Source: Chrysomallon squamiferum
Taxonomy: Eukaryota > Animalia > Mollusca
Length of the DNA stretch: 64,000 nt
Direction of reading: 5' to 3'
NCBI GenBank assembly: GCA_012295275.1
Contig: CM022673.1
Span: forward strand, 13,268,001-13,332,000
The notes beneath the pieces were generated by a model. It was not told where the DNA came from and searched no databases. It saw nothing but the letters and a program-made list of their open reading frames with translations. A program made the translations under genes and the position numbers. This document shows, piece after piece, positions 29,301 through 42,600 of this stretch. Numbering within the stretch: the stretch's first letter is position 1; each line of letters opens with the position of its first letter.

Positions 29301-29402
29301 AAAATATTTACACTATACTGATACTTATCATTATAAAATGTTTACCCATTTATCATTCTCTGAAATTAATTCAGTGATTTAAAAATTTAAACTTCTTGTT
29401 TA

Positions 29403-29437
<35 letters not shown>

Positions 29438-32400
29438 AAAAAATTAAATTAAGTCCACAAACAATTTGCATTTGATATTTGTTTATCAGGACATAATGAT
29501 AGAATTTAAAAATATTACAAATGATAGCATTTAAAAAATTATGAATCTTTTAGCAGTCTTTGTTTTAAAATGTATTTCCTACATGGAAAATCAGTAATTT
29601 GACTCATGTGCATTTTGTTTCTATGTAGGTGTGAGTGTGTGTGGGTGATGTATGCTGTCAGTCCAAAATTTTCTAAATTAATATATTTTATTGTTAACTT
29701 GGTTTTTAATTTTTTTCTAACAGGAGTCATATATAAGAGGAATTTTGGAGTATAACATTGAATCATGGGAAAAAGTTCGAGATAACATGGAGAAAGCCAT
29801 TGTTCAGTATTTTGAAGAAGAGGAGAGATGCAGAGCAGATTGTGAATCAGCTTATGAACATTTCATGCCTCAGGAATTTGTCAATGCAGTTGCAGGTTAG
29901 TGTAAAAAAAAATGTCCCTTTTGTTTAAACTGTTTGGGTTTATTTCTAACATTGAAATCTCCTGACATTGTTTAATTATGACATATGTAATTGTTTTACA
30001 ATTTTTCAGTGATAAACTGAAATATTAAAATATAAAAAGGTATCACCAAAAATGATTATATGTATTTTATGTATAAGACATAATATATATAATCCCCAAA
30101 TCAAAATCAAACACACAAAGAATTAGCTGCTGGTTATTATCTTATTTGCATCAGCCAGGTTCTGTGAAGCAAAGTTTATTTTTATAACATTTCACCTGCC
30201 ACATTGGTTTTAGAATTATTCTGGTTTTGTTTATGCATTTCATTTTTTCCCTCAGTACTGCCATATTGCTGAATTTGTTGGTTTTAAAGCACTTGAGAAA
30301 ACATTCACATTATTTATTACCTTTACCAGAGTTATCTTTCTTTGAAAATCCAGTTAATGCTATTATTACACAATTATTTATTTAAAAGGTATTATCCATT
30401 AATTGCATTACTAGACACACAGTGAGTGATGTTTGGTGATGTCTCATTTAAGTAGAATATATTGTGTTGTTTCTTCAGATGAAATATTTCTTTACTTGTA
30501 AATTCTCCATCTTTGTTTCATGTTCTTTCTTTGCAAATTGCAAAATCTTCACATTATTTGATAAAACTGTGCAGTATAAAATAGTAACACTTGAAAGCAA
30601 AGTCACTCTGCTAGCTACATCATATTCCTTCTAAATCTATCATTATCCCCCTCACTTTATTATCCTTTGGTTTCTAAATGCTTAAAAATTCACAAAACAA
30701 AAATGATTATCAAATTACATAAATATTTCATAATTAAAACAGTATTACTGTAATGAATAAAAATATATTTAAATACTTAATAATACAGATATATGCTATC
30801 CTGAATTTATCTGAATTATAACACATTTATATCATCATTTACATTTATAATCATGGGTATAATGTAAATATTTGTAGTTTAATAAAATAATTAAAGTAAG
30901 TTGAATAGATATTTGTATTCAAAATTGTGGTTAACTTCTTTAAATCTTTAAATAATTAAATAAAACATTTCTTTTTGAAATCTCAGATTATAATATGATA
31001 AACATAGTTTTAATAATTTTGTTTTTTAATACTAAAATTAAATTTTTTTAATTTTAATTTACTATAAAGTGTTTTGAATCTTTAAAAATAAAAATTTGTT
31101 CATTGATCAAGTGTTTTATCAATAAAATGAAAATATTTAAAATTTCAAGTTATTATGTTAATAAATATTAATATAAATTTTAATTATTATTATTATTATT
31201 ATTATTTTAATAAAGAAATAATATAATATTATATAATATATAATGTTATGTTTATTTAAATGTTTTATTATTGGGGTTTTTAAAATAGCAGATATTTAAT
31301 ATTTCACGTTTTTATTTAAATATTTTAATTTTAATTTTTTAAATAATCATTATAATGAGAACATATATAATTTGAGATTGTTATATTTATTTAAATACTA
31401 TATTTATTTAAATGTTTTAATTATTTTTTTTTTTAATAAAGAACATATTTAAAATTTCAGATTATTATATTGATTTAAATTTATAATTTTTTCTTCTTTT
31501 TTTTAATAAAAAAAATATATATAAAATTTCAGAATGTCACACTGATTTAAATGTTTTATTGTTGTTTTGTGTTTTTTCTTTTTTAATAAATAGAATATAT
31601 AAAATGTCAAATTGTTGTTTTGACGTAAATGTTTTAATTATTATTACTATTTTTAATAAGGAGAATGAATACAATTTCAATTTATTGTATTTATTAAAAA
31701 AAAAAAATATATTTTTATTAAGTAAAATACATAAACTTTCAGATCACTACATATCAGTGTTGGAATGTCAGTACAAGTGTGAAGATAAACTGAGTGTGGT
31801 GTACACAGACAAGATTGACCACTTCCTAGCAGACATATTTCATTACTTACAGTTCACTTACTACAAACGTAAGCAGTGTTTATCTTCTTTTCATATATTT
31901 CATATGTATTATTTATATACTATGTTATGTTATATATTATATTACGTTATGGTATGTTATGTTACGTTACATTGCATTAAATTATATTATATTAAATTAT
32001 AATATAAATATAATATAATATAAATATAATATATTATAAATAAATGTGTGGCTTGTGTGTGGGTGTGTGCATGCACAAATTTATAACTAATTAGAACATA
32101 TATACAAATATATAACAGGGGTATTAAAAACCATTTGTTTACTGTTGTTTATTTTAGTGGGTGATGAGAAAAAAGTGGCTGAAGCAGTGGAGACGTTTAT
32201 ACGACTAAGCCCTGATGACTCAGTGATGCACAACAACAAAGTTTACTATTTCAACAAAGGTTTAGATAAAACATCGTTTATTCCACGCAAGGTAATTAAT
32301 AATTTATGTTACATAAACTTTGATAAAAGCTCACTGAAATGAGGCACACAGCAGTACAGTTGACATTTGTTAAATAATTATTTATTTTGCTTAAACTTTG

Positions 32401-35400
32401 ATAAAAAGAATGTTGAAAACATGCAGACACATATTTAAATAAAATAGCAAGTATAGTTTGTCTTGCATACATTTTGTTAAAAGAATTTTGAAGCAAAATA
32501 TACACTCATTTTAACAAAATAGCAATTGTAGTTCATCTTGCATAAACTTCAGCAAAAGAATTTTGAAACCAGGTAAACATTTAATTAAATAAAATAATAT
32601 TAATAATTTATGATGCCTTAACCTTTGCAAAAAAACATCAAAACTAGGGATGCATTTAAGTATGTTGTACATTATGTATGTTGTAGCATTCTTTAGCTTT
32701 CCTGAAATTAATCATTGAAATCATATAAACCTTGATGAACTGCTGTAGGAATTAGAAACATAATAATTTACACAACAAGTTTTAACTGAAGATAAAAAAA
32801 TACAACTGTAAAAAGAGTTAAATAATTTGCAGCTATCAAAAATAGCAATTTAAGTCATTAATAATAATTAAATACAGAAAATAATAATTAAGAGGTAATG
32901 GCATTCAAACAAACAAAAGCAACATGATAATAATAATAATAATTATTATTATTATTATAAACATTTATATTGCAAAAGCTTAAATTAGGAATGAAAATTT
33001 TAAAAATATAAAGTAAAAAGAACATAAATTGTGATTTTCATTAATTTCAGGGGTTTTTTTAATCGTTAAAACTAATATGTTAATAAGTACTTATATTTTA
33101 AAAATGTATTTTCTTGTATATTACAGAATATAGTAAAGTATATTGAGAGACGACAGCTGATGGAAAGATTGTTGACTTTTGTCAATGAGAGTTACACAAG
33201 AGATGAAAGAGAAAAGGATGTAGGTGTCATGGTCTCTATAATGGTATATGTAGAATAGGTATGAGATACCATACTGTATAATGGTATATGTAGAATACCA
33301 TATTGTATGATGATGGTATATGTAGAATAGGTACGAGATACCATATTGTATAATGGTATATGTTGAATAGATGTAAGATATCACACTATAATAGTATATG
33401 TAGAATAGGTATGAGATACCACACTATATAATGGTATATGTAGAATAGATGTAAGATATCATACTCTGTAATATATTTAAAACAGGTAGAATAACTGTGG
33501 TAACATATACTCATAACAGAATAACACAGTGTAATGGTGTAATGTAGAATATTTATGCAACACTATAACCTGTTCTTCGGTCTCTTACATTTGTAAAGAA
33601 GAAAATTGTTTGGTTTTTTTTTGCTAGGTAGAGGAAGAGGAAGAAGACACATATGAACACTACATGAAACCTTTCGAGAGACTTGGTCTTAAAATGTTTG
33701 CCTCAGGAACAAAACTAAAGGGAGAGCTGAGGTTTGCCTATGAAGGTTTTATCAAGGAAGAACAGTGTTTAGAACTGATAAGCTTGACAGAGGTAAATGA
33801 CGTGTTTAATAATATATATTCAATACCACATCAATAAATATTTTCACAATCAACTGAAAGAAAGCATTTAATAAACTTGTCTAATATTAGATACTGTCTT
33901 TTTTAATTATAATCTTAAAAAAAAAAAAAAAAAGAAAAAATGTTTGTATGATAACAAGTCTTTTGGTATATTGTTTTAACAGGACATAGAGCCTAATGAG
34001 AAAGGTGCAGTGGTTGTTGGAATCAAGGATGCAAAAGAGGTAAGCCAAGAAATGAGTTTACTACAGTAGATTTATGTCATTGAGAAATACAAATAAACTT
34101 TTAGTGTGGTATTTTATTTTTAATTATTGTTATTTTAGATATGTATATATATATATATAATTTAATATTTTTTTATTTTACTTAATTGATTATTATGGAA
34201 AAGGAGTGAGCTAATATAGAAATTTTAACAAGTTTAAAAATATATTGAAAATGGAGAAAGAGGAAGAAGAGAATTGAGTATATATTCTATAAACAAAATA
34301 ATAAAGTACAAGATAAAACTATTTTCTGATTTGTGTGTAGAAGATAGACAGAGGATTAACTGTATATACTATAAATAGAAAATGAAAAGAACTGTTTTCT
34401 GATTTGTGTGTAGAAAACGGATAATGTGTAAGATAGATAGAGGATTAACTATATATACTATAAATAGAAAATGAAAAGAACTGTTTTCTGATTTGTGTGT
34501 AGAAAATGGATAACGTATAGGATAGACAGAGGATTAACTGTATAAATAGAAAATGAAAAGAACTGTTTTCTGATTTGTGTTTAGAAAATGGATAATGTCT
34601 AAGATAGAGGATTAACTGTATATACTATAAACAGAAAATGAAAAGAACTGTTTTCTCATTTGTGTGTAGAAAATGGAGAAGGAGGAGGAGGAGTATGAGA
34701 TAGCAGTACGACTGTATCTTCGAGTAACGGAGACAATGAGACATTTCTCCATGCGATACTACAATCTGACCAGACTCTTCTTTAAACACTCTTCAGTCAT
34801 CTGCTGGAATCCTACAAAAGGTAAATATGTTTAATGTTTCATAATTTTAAAAAATGTTTAAAAAAAACATCTTTTGTTCTTAAATTTAATAGAATTTCTT
34901 TAATTTTTTAATCAATTTAAAATCACTTAATTCTGTGGAATTGCTTAAAAAAAATTTATACATTTTTTTTTAATCATTTTGAAATGTCTTAATTTTGTAC
35001 AATTTTTTTTTTCTTTTGTTTTAAACTATATGTAATGCTATTCTGAAAAAGAAAAGCAATGTCAATATTCATTGCATCTGACAGTAATCTGGTCAGCATC
35101 AGTGACAGTTTCATACTGAGCTTAATGTAAAAACAGCTCTTGGAAATAGTTTGTAACTTTGTTCAAACTCTCAAATAATCAAATGCTGCACGAAATTATT
35201 CAGAACATAATATTATTTACAAAGTATACTTTATTCTTCATTTTGCAAACTGTGATATGTTCTTCTATGTGTATTGTATTTAAATGTAAATTTTTTATCA
35301 GTGAATTGATGTTACATTTACAGATGATTCTGGGTCTAAATGTTATCGACAGGAAGATGGGTCCTGTGTAAAGGAATTTCAGTCAGTGATTGGTGAAGAA

Positions 35401-36008
35401 TATGTGTAAGTCGGATAAGCATGATTCTATAGGACATTCTGTTGTTTTGTTTCACTAACATCGTACAGTGAATTATTAGTTTTATTTTATTGTATTGGTA
35501 TTACATATTATAAGTAAAATAGCTCTTAATTTAACATTTTTATAAATAATCAGTGACACACAAATGTACACAAGAACATGTTCACAATTCAATAAATAAA
35601 TACATGTTTAGTAATTAATCATGTTTTATTATTATTATTATTATTATTATTTTATTATTTATTAATTTTCAGCTAAATACTTTTTGATAAAAGTCATGTA
35701 AATATTAATTGGAAGTTTTAATTAATCTTTGATTTCAGTATTGTGTTGTATCTGTCAGATATAGAAACTGGTGGAAAATTGAACTTTCTGAATTCACGGA
35801 AGAAAGTACAGGTACTGATATCATAGAATTAAATACTGAAAAGTGTAAAATGTAGACCATTTTCTAATTTGATTCTTTTCTAATTTTCTTTATTAAATTT
35901 TTTTATTTACCGGTATATATTTTTAGATTTTTATATTGGTTACATATTTTCATTGTTGATTAATACAGTATTGACATTCTTATTGATATCCTGTATTTAA
36001 TTATCTAG

Positions 36009-36062
<54 letters not shown>

Positions 36063-36583
36063 GCTTACTGTTACCTCCCCTCTACCTAACTCTGTCCTTC
36101 AGACACTTTTATAATATGAAAACTGTACATGATTTGTTCCATTGTCCAGTCTTTTCATGAATTTCCACTCAGTAATTTTTGTTTTTCTAACACAGAGTTC
36201 CTTAGAGATTCAGTGTGGTCGACTTGCAGGCTTTCAGAATGGTGACCGACACTATGTTGATGTCCCCAAAGATGAGAAGAGGTGTGGTCTAGTGGTCACC
36301 ATGACAACTGACCCATCCAAGGACGAAGTTGATTATGTTGAAACTCTGAAAACTTTGCACCAGCTTGAACAGAACAGAATGGACCAGATTTTTAATGACA
36401 ATAAGAACATCTTGGAAGAATTTAAAAGCAGAGGTATGTTTAACAATATTACAACCATTCTTTCTCCTACATGTGATGTGATTTTATATTATTTAAATAC
36501 ATTTTGAATCTGAATGATTAAAAACAAATATTTTAACTTGAAATAAAAGACTAAAATATTTGTTAAAATAAATAAAAATAATA

Positions 36584-36631
<48 letters not shown>

Positions 36632-39273
36632 TGATTAATAATAACAGCACAAATAATACACATTTCAAATTTTACCTTGGAATAATTTAAAACAAATGTT
36701 GCAATGGAAATAATAAATTGCGAAATTTTAGTAAATAATAAATTTATAGAACTAATAATTATATATTTAAAAAAAGTGGTAGATATGAAATAAATAAAAA
36801 AACTAATTTCTAATCAGAATATAATATAGGTTTAAAAAAAAAAATTAAAGTACAAAGTTTAAAGATGGTAATAATTATTAACATCAAATAATAATGAAAA
36901 TAAAACATTTTTAAAATTATATACTTTGAAATTTGAGGTTTCAAATAATAAAAAGCATAAATTTTTATACTTCACTTTACATTAAACACATTTTAGCTTT
37001 GAAATATTGATCATGAACTTTTTAACTTTAAATAATTATATATTTAATATGTGTTTTTAAAATAATAATAAAAATATAATTCTAGAAATGAAATTGGTAC
37101 AATTATCAAAATCTGCATTTGAAATAATTCAAATTTAATAATTAAAAACTTAGAAGATTATAAATATTAAATATACTATTTTATTCTTGGAATAATTATG
37201 AATTTAACATTTTTTATCTCGAAATAAAGAAAATCCGTGATATTCTTTACATGTTTGAAATTTTAAGTTTGCAATGTAGTTTTGTGTTTAAATAATTATT
37301 TAAATTTTAAACATTAGACTTGTTTTGATTAAAATATATAAATCTAAAAACTTTCAATATAAACATTTATATTTGAAATAATGATTTCTAAACATTTTCT
37401 AATTAAATAAAGTCAAAATTAAAAATGTACATACTTCAAAATAAAAATATATAAAGTGTTTCAGATATAAAATAAACATCAGTAAATTAAACTTAATTTA
37501 ATAGCTGAAATGTCAATAAACATAAAATTTTAATCAAACATTAGATACATGAAAATAATTATAAAACAAAAAATGAAATGAAACAGTAAAGTTTAAATTA
37601 TAAATAAGAAAAAAGGAAATTTTATATTTAAAATAAAGACAAACACTAACAGTTAGACATTGTACCATTATTTATTTAAAACATTATAATTTTTAAAATA
37701 AAATAAAATTTGAAACTGATATAAACTTCATACACTTCATGAACAATAAATAAATTTAAAAAATCTTGAAATGATTAATAATATTATTTATTTATTAACA
37801 GGTGTAAAAGTTGTTAGAAATGGAACAGATCTGAAAGGTGAAAGATTTGTAGCTGATCACATGGCCACACAAGAAGAATGTGAAACTTTGGAAAACTTAG
37901 TTTTGGTCAGTGGGTTTTTTTAAGAAATAAAAACTTCATATTTTATTATTTATTTATTTTTAAATTATTTTCTTATTTTTATCTAATTATTGTTTTAATT
38001 TCATTTCATTTCAGTTTGTTTTGTTTTGTTTTGTTTTATTTTAATTTTTTTTATTTTTTTTGTTTTATTTTTGTTTCAAATTATTTATTATTTTGTTATA
38101 TCATTTTATCAGTTAAATGTTATTTCAAAAATGTTCATATTATTATTCATTTATTGTGTGATTTAAAAAAAAAATTCTCTTTCTTAATTTCATATAGATT
38201 TATTTATTTTAGCTGCTTTTGTTATATGTTATATATTTATAATTTATAAATCTTTAATTAATTTAACGACATTTTCATTTCCACTGCATTAGACAAAGAT
38301 TATGAAAAAGTAGGAGTTTATTTCAGGAATTTGGTATAACAGGCAGTGGGTATGAAGGGGAGTTAAGCCCCCTGTCTGAGCATGAAGGATTCTATGGGCT
38401 GACAATAGAAAATGCCCAAAAGGTAGCCTGTTAGAAAATACACACAATATATCAGCTTGGTGTTGGTTTTAGCTTTTCAGGCTCTTTAGATCTAGTGGTC
38501 AAGCATTTACTGCACAGTTCATTTTCAGAGCTGCATAAATTTCTGAAAGTAAAATCTGTTTATTTTCAGCACTTTAGAGCATTAGTGATACTTAAAATAA
38601 TTAAAATGTGCAGGAAACAGATTGTCTGAAAAGTAGTAATGTGAAATTTATAAAAAGAAAAAGTTCCTGCTTTATAAATGTTTTCATTTTTATAGTAAAT
38701 TGGATGATTGCATCATTTATAAATTTTGTTTTATTTTATTTTTTTATTTTAATTATGTCAATTTCTCTCTAATTTTTTTTTTTATTTATTAATTTTTTTC
38801 ATTTATATGTTAGTTATACTTACAAAAGTTCAACATTTAATGTTGTCATATTGTTAAAACAGATTTTACACAGCTCTGAAATAGTTACATTTCATGTATT
38901 TACATATTTCCAAATAATTTGATGTTTTCTGCTACATCATTTTTCTTGTTTAATTACTTATTTGATGTTTCTTAGTATAATGCATTTTATTTTCTCATTT
39001 TCAAAAATTTATTTTGTTATTATTTTATTTCTGTATTTATTACATGCATATTTATTTATTTATTTATAAAAATATATTTAATAATTTTTCTATTTCTTTT
39101 TTTTTTTAAAAGTTATATAATTTATTCAATAATTTATTTGTTCCTTATTTTTTTGTGTTTTTTCATTTATTTATTTGTTTAATTTTCTTATTTATTTATA
39201 TCTATATTTATTTATTTATTTTCTCATTTATTTATTTATAATTATTTAACATTTCTTTTTAATATTATTATTA

Positions 39274-39317
<44 letters not shown>

Positions 39318-39623
39318 TTTATTTTTATTTTTTATTATATTAATTAATTATTTATTTATTTATTTACTTTTTTCTGATACACAGAATGGGTGTGTTATTT
39401 ATTTTATTCATTCTAGTAAAATGGCTGCTTTCTGCTTGTAGACTGGTGCTTTGGCTGGTGATGGTTATGAAACTCTTCTAAACAAACCTTCCTTTATTTC
39501 CCCACACACACCGTTTGAAATGTTTCAAGGTCTGACAGTGTATCGTGCTGCCAAGGTTTGTACCAATTCACTGTGCAAGAATTGGTTCTGAACAGCAATT
39601 TAAATAAATAAACTCTACTAAAA

Positions 39624-39662
<39 letters not shown>

Positions 39663-42600
39663 AATCTACTAATTTAAATATAAATAAAACCAACAGAAAA
39701 AATGTAAATAAAATAATAATAATATTAATAATAATATATTTCCATTTTTTGTTGTTTGGTCAGTGAATCTTAATTCTAGTTTTGTAAAAGTTCATTTTTC
39801 AGGAATTGGTTCTTAAAAACAATGAAAAATAAATAAATAAATGAATAAATAAATAAAATCTCCTGGGATAAATATAAACAAAGTCAATTGTATAAATATA
39901 AATAATAAATATACTGTCTTTGTTGCTGTTTTATGAGTGCATCTTAAATTCAAGGATTGTGACAGATCATTTGGTAGAACAGATCCTAAAAAGTTATTTA
40001 AATATATAATATCTACTGAAATAAATATAAATATAAATAAAATGGACAGTAAATATACATAAAATATATAAAATAAATAAATAAATAAAATTAAGTGAAA
40101 TAATAAGAATGACAAATACAGGTCTGATATTCTTGTTTTTGTGAGTATTTCTTAAAACTAGCTTTGTGTCATATCAGTGTGAAAGATCCGATTCAAGAAA
40201 AGTAAAACTGAATAAAGTGAACTGTAATAAATGAAAAATAAAATACCATTTCTGTCACCATTGTTTGATAGGAGTTACTAAGATTCATTTCACATTCTTC
40301 CATAATTGATCCTCAGGAAAAATAAACATAAATAAAATAACAATATAAATACATTTTTGTTATTGTTTAGAATGTGTCTTAATTCTAGTTAGATTCACTT
40401 TGCAAGATTTTATTTAAAACAGTTTGTTAATACAAGTGAAATAAGTCATTAACATAAAACAACAACAATACTATTAATAATAAAATATCTAATATAAAAT
40501 ATTTAAAATAAAATAATAAGAAGAAAATACACATAAATAATCATAAGATAAAAAAAAAAATAATAATAAAATAAAATAATAGGAATAATAATAAAGTAGG
40601 AAACATCATAATAATATTAATATAAATAAGTAAAATAAAAATGAAATAAATGAGACAAAAAACAAATATAAATTAAAAAATTGTTGGTGTGTGTGTTTTT
40701 ATGCTTTGATGTTTGAAGTGTGTATAATACATATATATGTAAAATTTTATATCAGTATATTTCTTTTTCTTTAACAATATAACTTCTGTTAATATCTATT
40801 TCATTTACTACTTAATATTTAACTGTACTCTATAGTTTTCCAGATAATTTAAATATTTTTTAGATCATATTTATTAATCATATTTATCTTAAAACAATCT
40901 TATTGCATATTTCAACTTTATTATATTAACATTTCTAATTGTTCATAATTAATTTTGAGTAATAAAAAGATAATTTATTTAAATTTTATGTAAAACTTAA
41001 CTTTAATACCATAAAATATTGAAATAATAATTATATACACTGAATATAATTATTACATTTTTTGAAATAATTTCACTAAGTTAAAGCAGTGAATATAAAA
41101 TACTTATTGTAGAAATGTATTGTGAAATGTATTATTATTGCAAATAAAAATGTTCAGGAGTATTCTTTAGTAATTTAAAAAAAATTAAAGAAATACATTA
41201 AAAAAAAATATTTGTTTGATACAAAATGTTGGGTCTGTCATCATTTTATATTTATTTTTATTCTTTGTTAAATTTTTGTTCATTCCACTCCAAAAAGGAG
41301 ACACTTGGGTTGTTTAGAACTTTTTGGTTTTTAATTTTCATAAAAATTTAAATAGATCACTTTCTTTAAAAAAAACAATAACATTTTTGTGTAACTTTAC
41401 TTTTTCAGCTTGCTCATTCTGAGCTTGTTCCTGCTACTTCAGTACACTTGTACCTAGAATTGAGTGAGAAGGTTCGACTGTTTGTTCAACAGTACTTCAA
41501 TCTGACTAAACCTCTCTACTTCGACTACACTCACCTTGTTTGCAGAACTGCACTGGATGGTAAGATTCATACATACAGATCTATATCTGACTGAAAGAGA
41601 AATATATATGTATATAAATAAATTCACATCAATGCAGAATTGATACACATAAAGTGCAGAAAGAGGTAGACATATTTGTTGTTTAGTTTATTTATTGTTT
41701 ATTAAATCAGATTTAAGAATAGAAAAGATAAATATATATAGAAAAAAAGAAAAAAAAAAGAAATGTCCAACACACGCAAATAAGTATTAGTATTAATATT
41801 ATTATTATTATCATTATTGTTTTATTCATTTTTTTTGGTTATTTAATTAATTTAAAAAATCTGAGTTCTGCTTTTATTAATATGTACTTTATTTATTTTA
41901 TTTTGTTAACAAGTTACGAATTTAATTTATATTTAAATCTATGTTTCATATTTTTAAAATAATTTTTAATTATTTCTTTTATTTGTTTATGATCAACTTC
42001 TAATAAAACAAAAGAGGTTACAATTTTAATGTGTTTTCTGAATTTATTTCTTTATTAATGTTTATTTACTTTTTTTAATTTTGTTTTGTGTTTTATTTTT
42101 AATTTATTAAAATGCATTTTTGTTTATTTCATTTAATTTTGTTAATATTTAATTTAATTTCGTTATTTTTAAAAATTATATTTTTATTATTTTTATTTAT
42201 TTATTTATTTTAATAAGTTTTGTATTTTGTTTTATTTTGCTTATTTTATTAACAAGTATTTCTCATTAATAATGTTTTTAATTATTATTTTTATTGTTTG
42301 TAGTAGTAATATTTTTATTTCTTTTATTTTTATTTATATGTTGTTTTTTTTTACATTTATATTGATTGTTAAATTTTATTTTATTTTAGAAAAAACTGAG
42401 AGGACAGATTTGAGTCATCCTGTACACTCAGATAACTGTAATCTGCTTCCTGATGGAAGTTGTTCTAAAGCTTATCCAGCATACGTACATCGAGATTACA
42501 GGTAAATATTTATTTCTCAAATAAAATAATTAAATAATCCACAAAAAAAAAAGAGAAAATATATATATATATTATATTTATTTAAAACAGGCATTAAGTG

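Noticed and set aside
33237-34676. Regularly spaced repeats as a CRISPR array
   Set aside because: Eukaryotic intronic minisatellites; the whole unit repeats, with no unique spacers and no cas genes.
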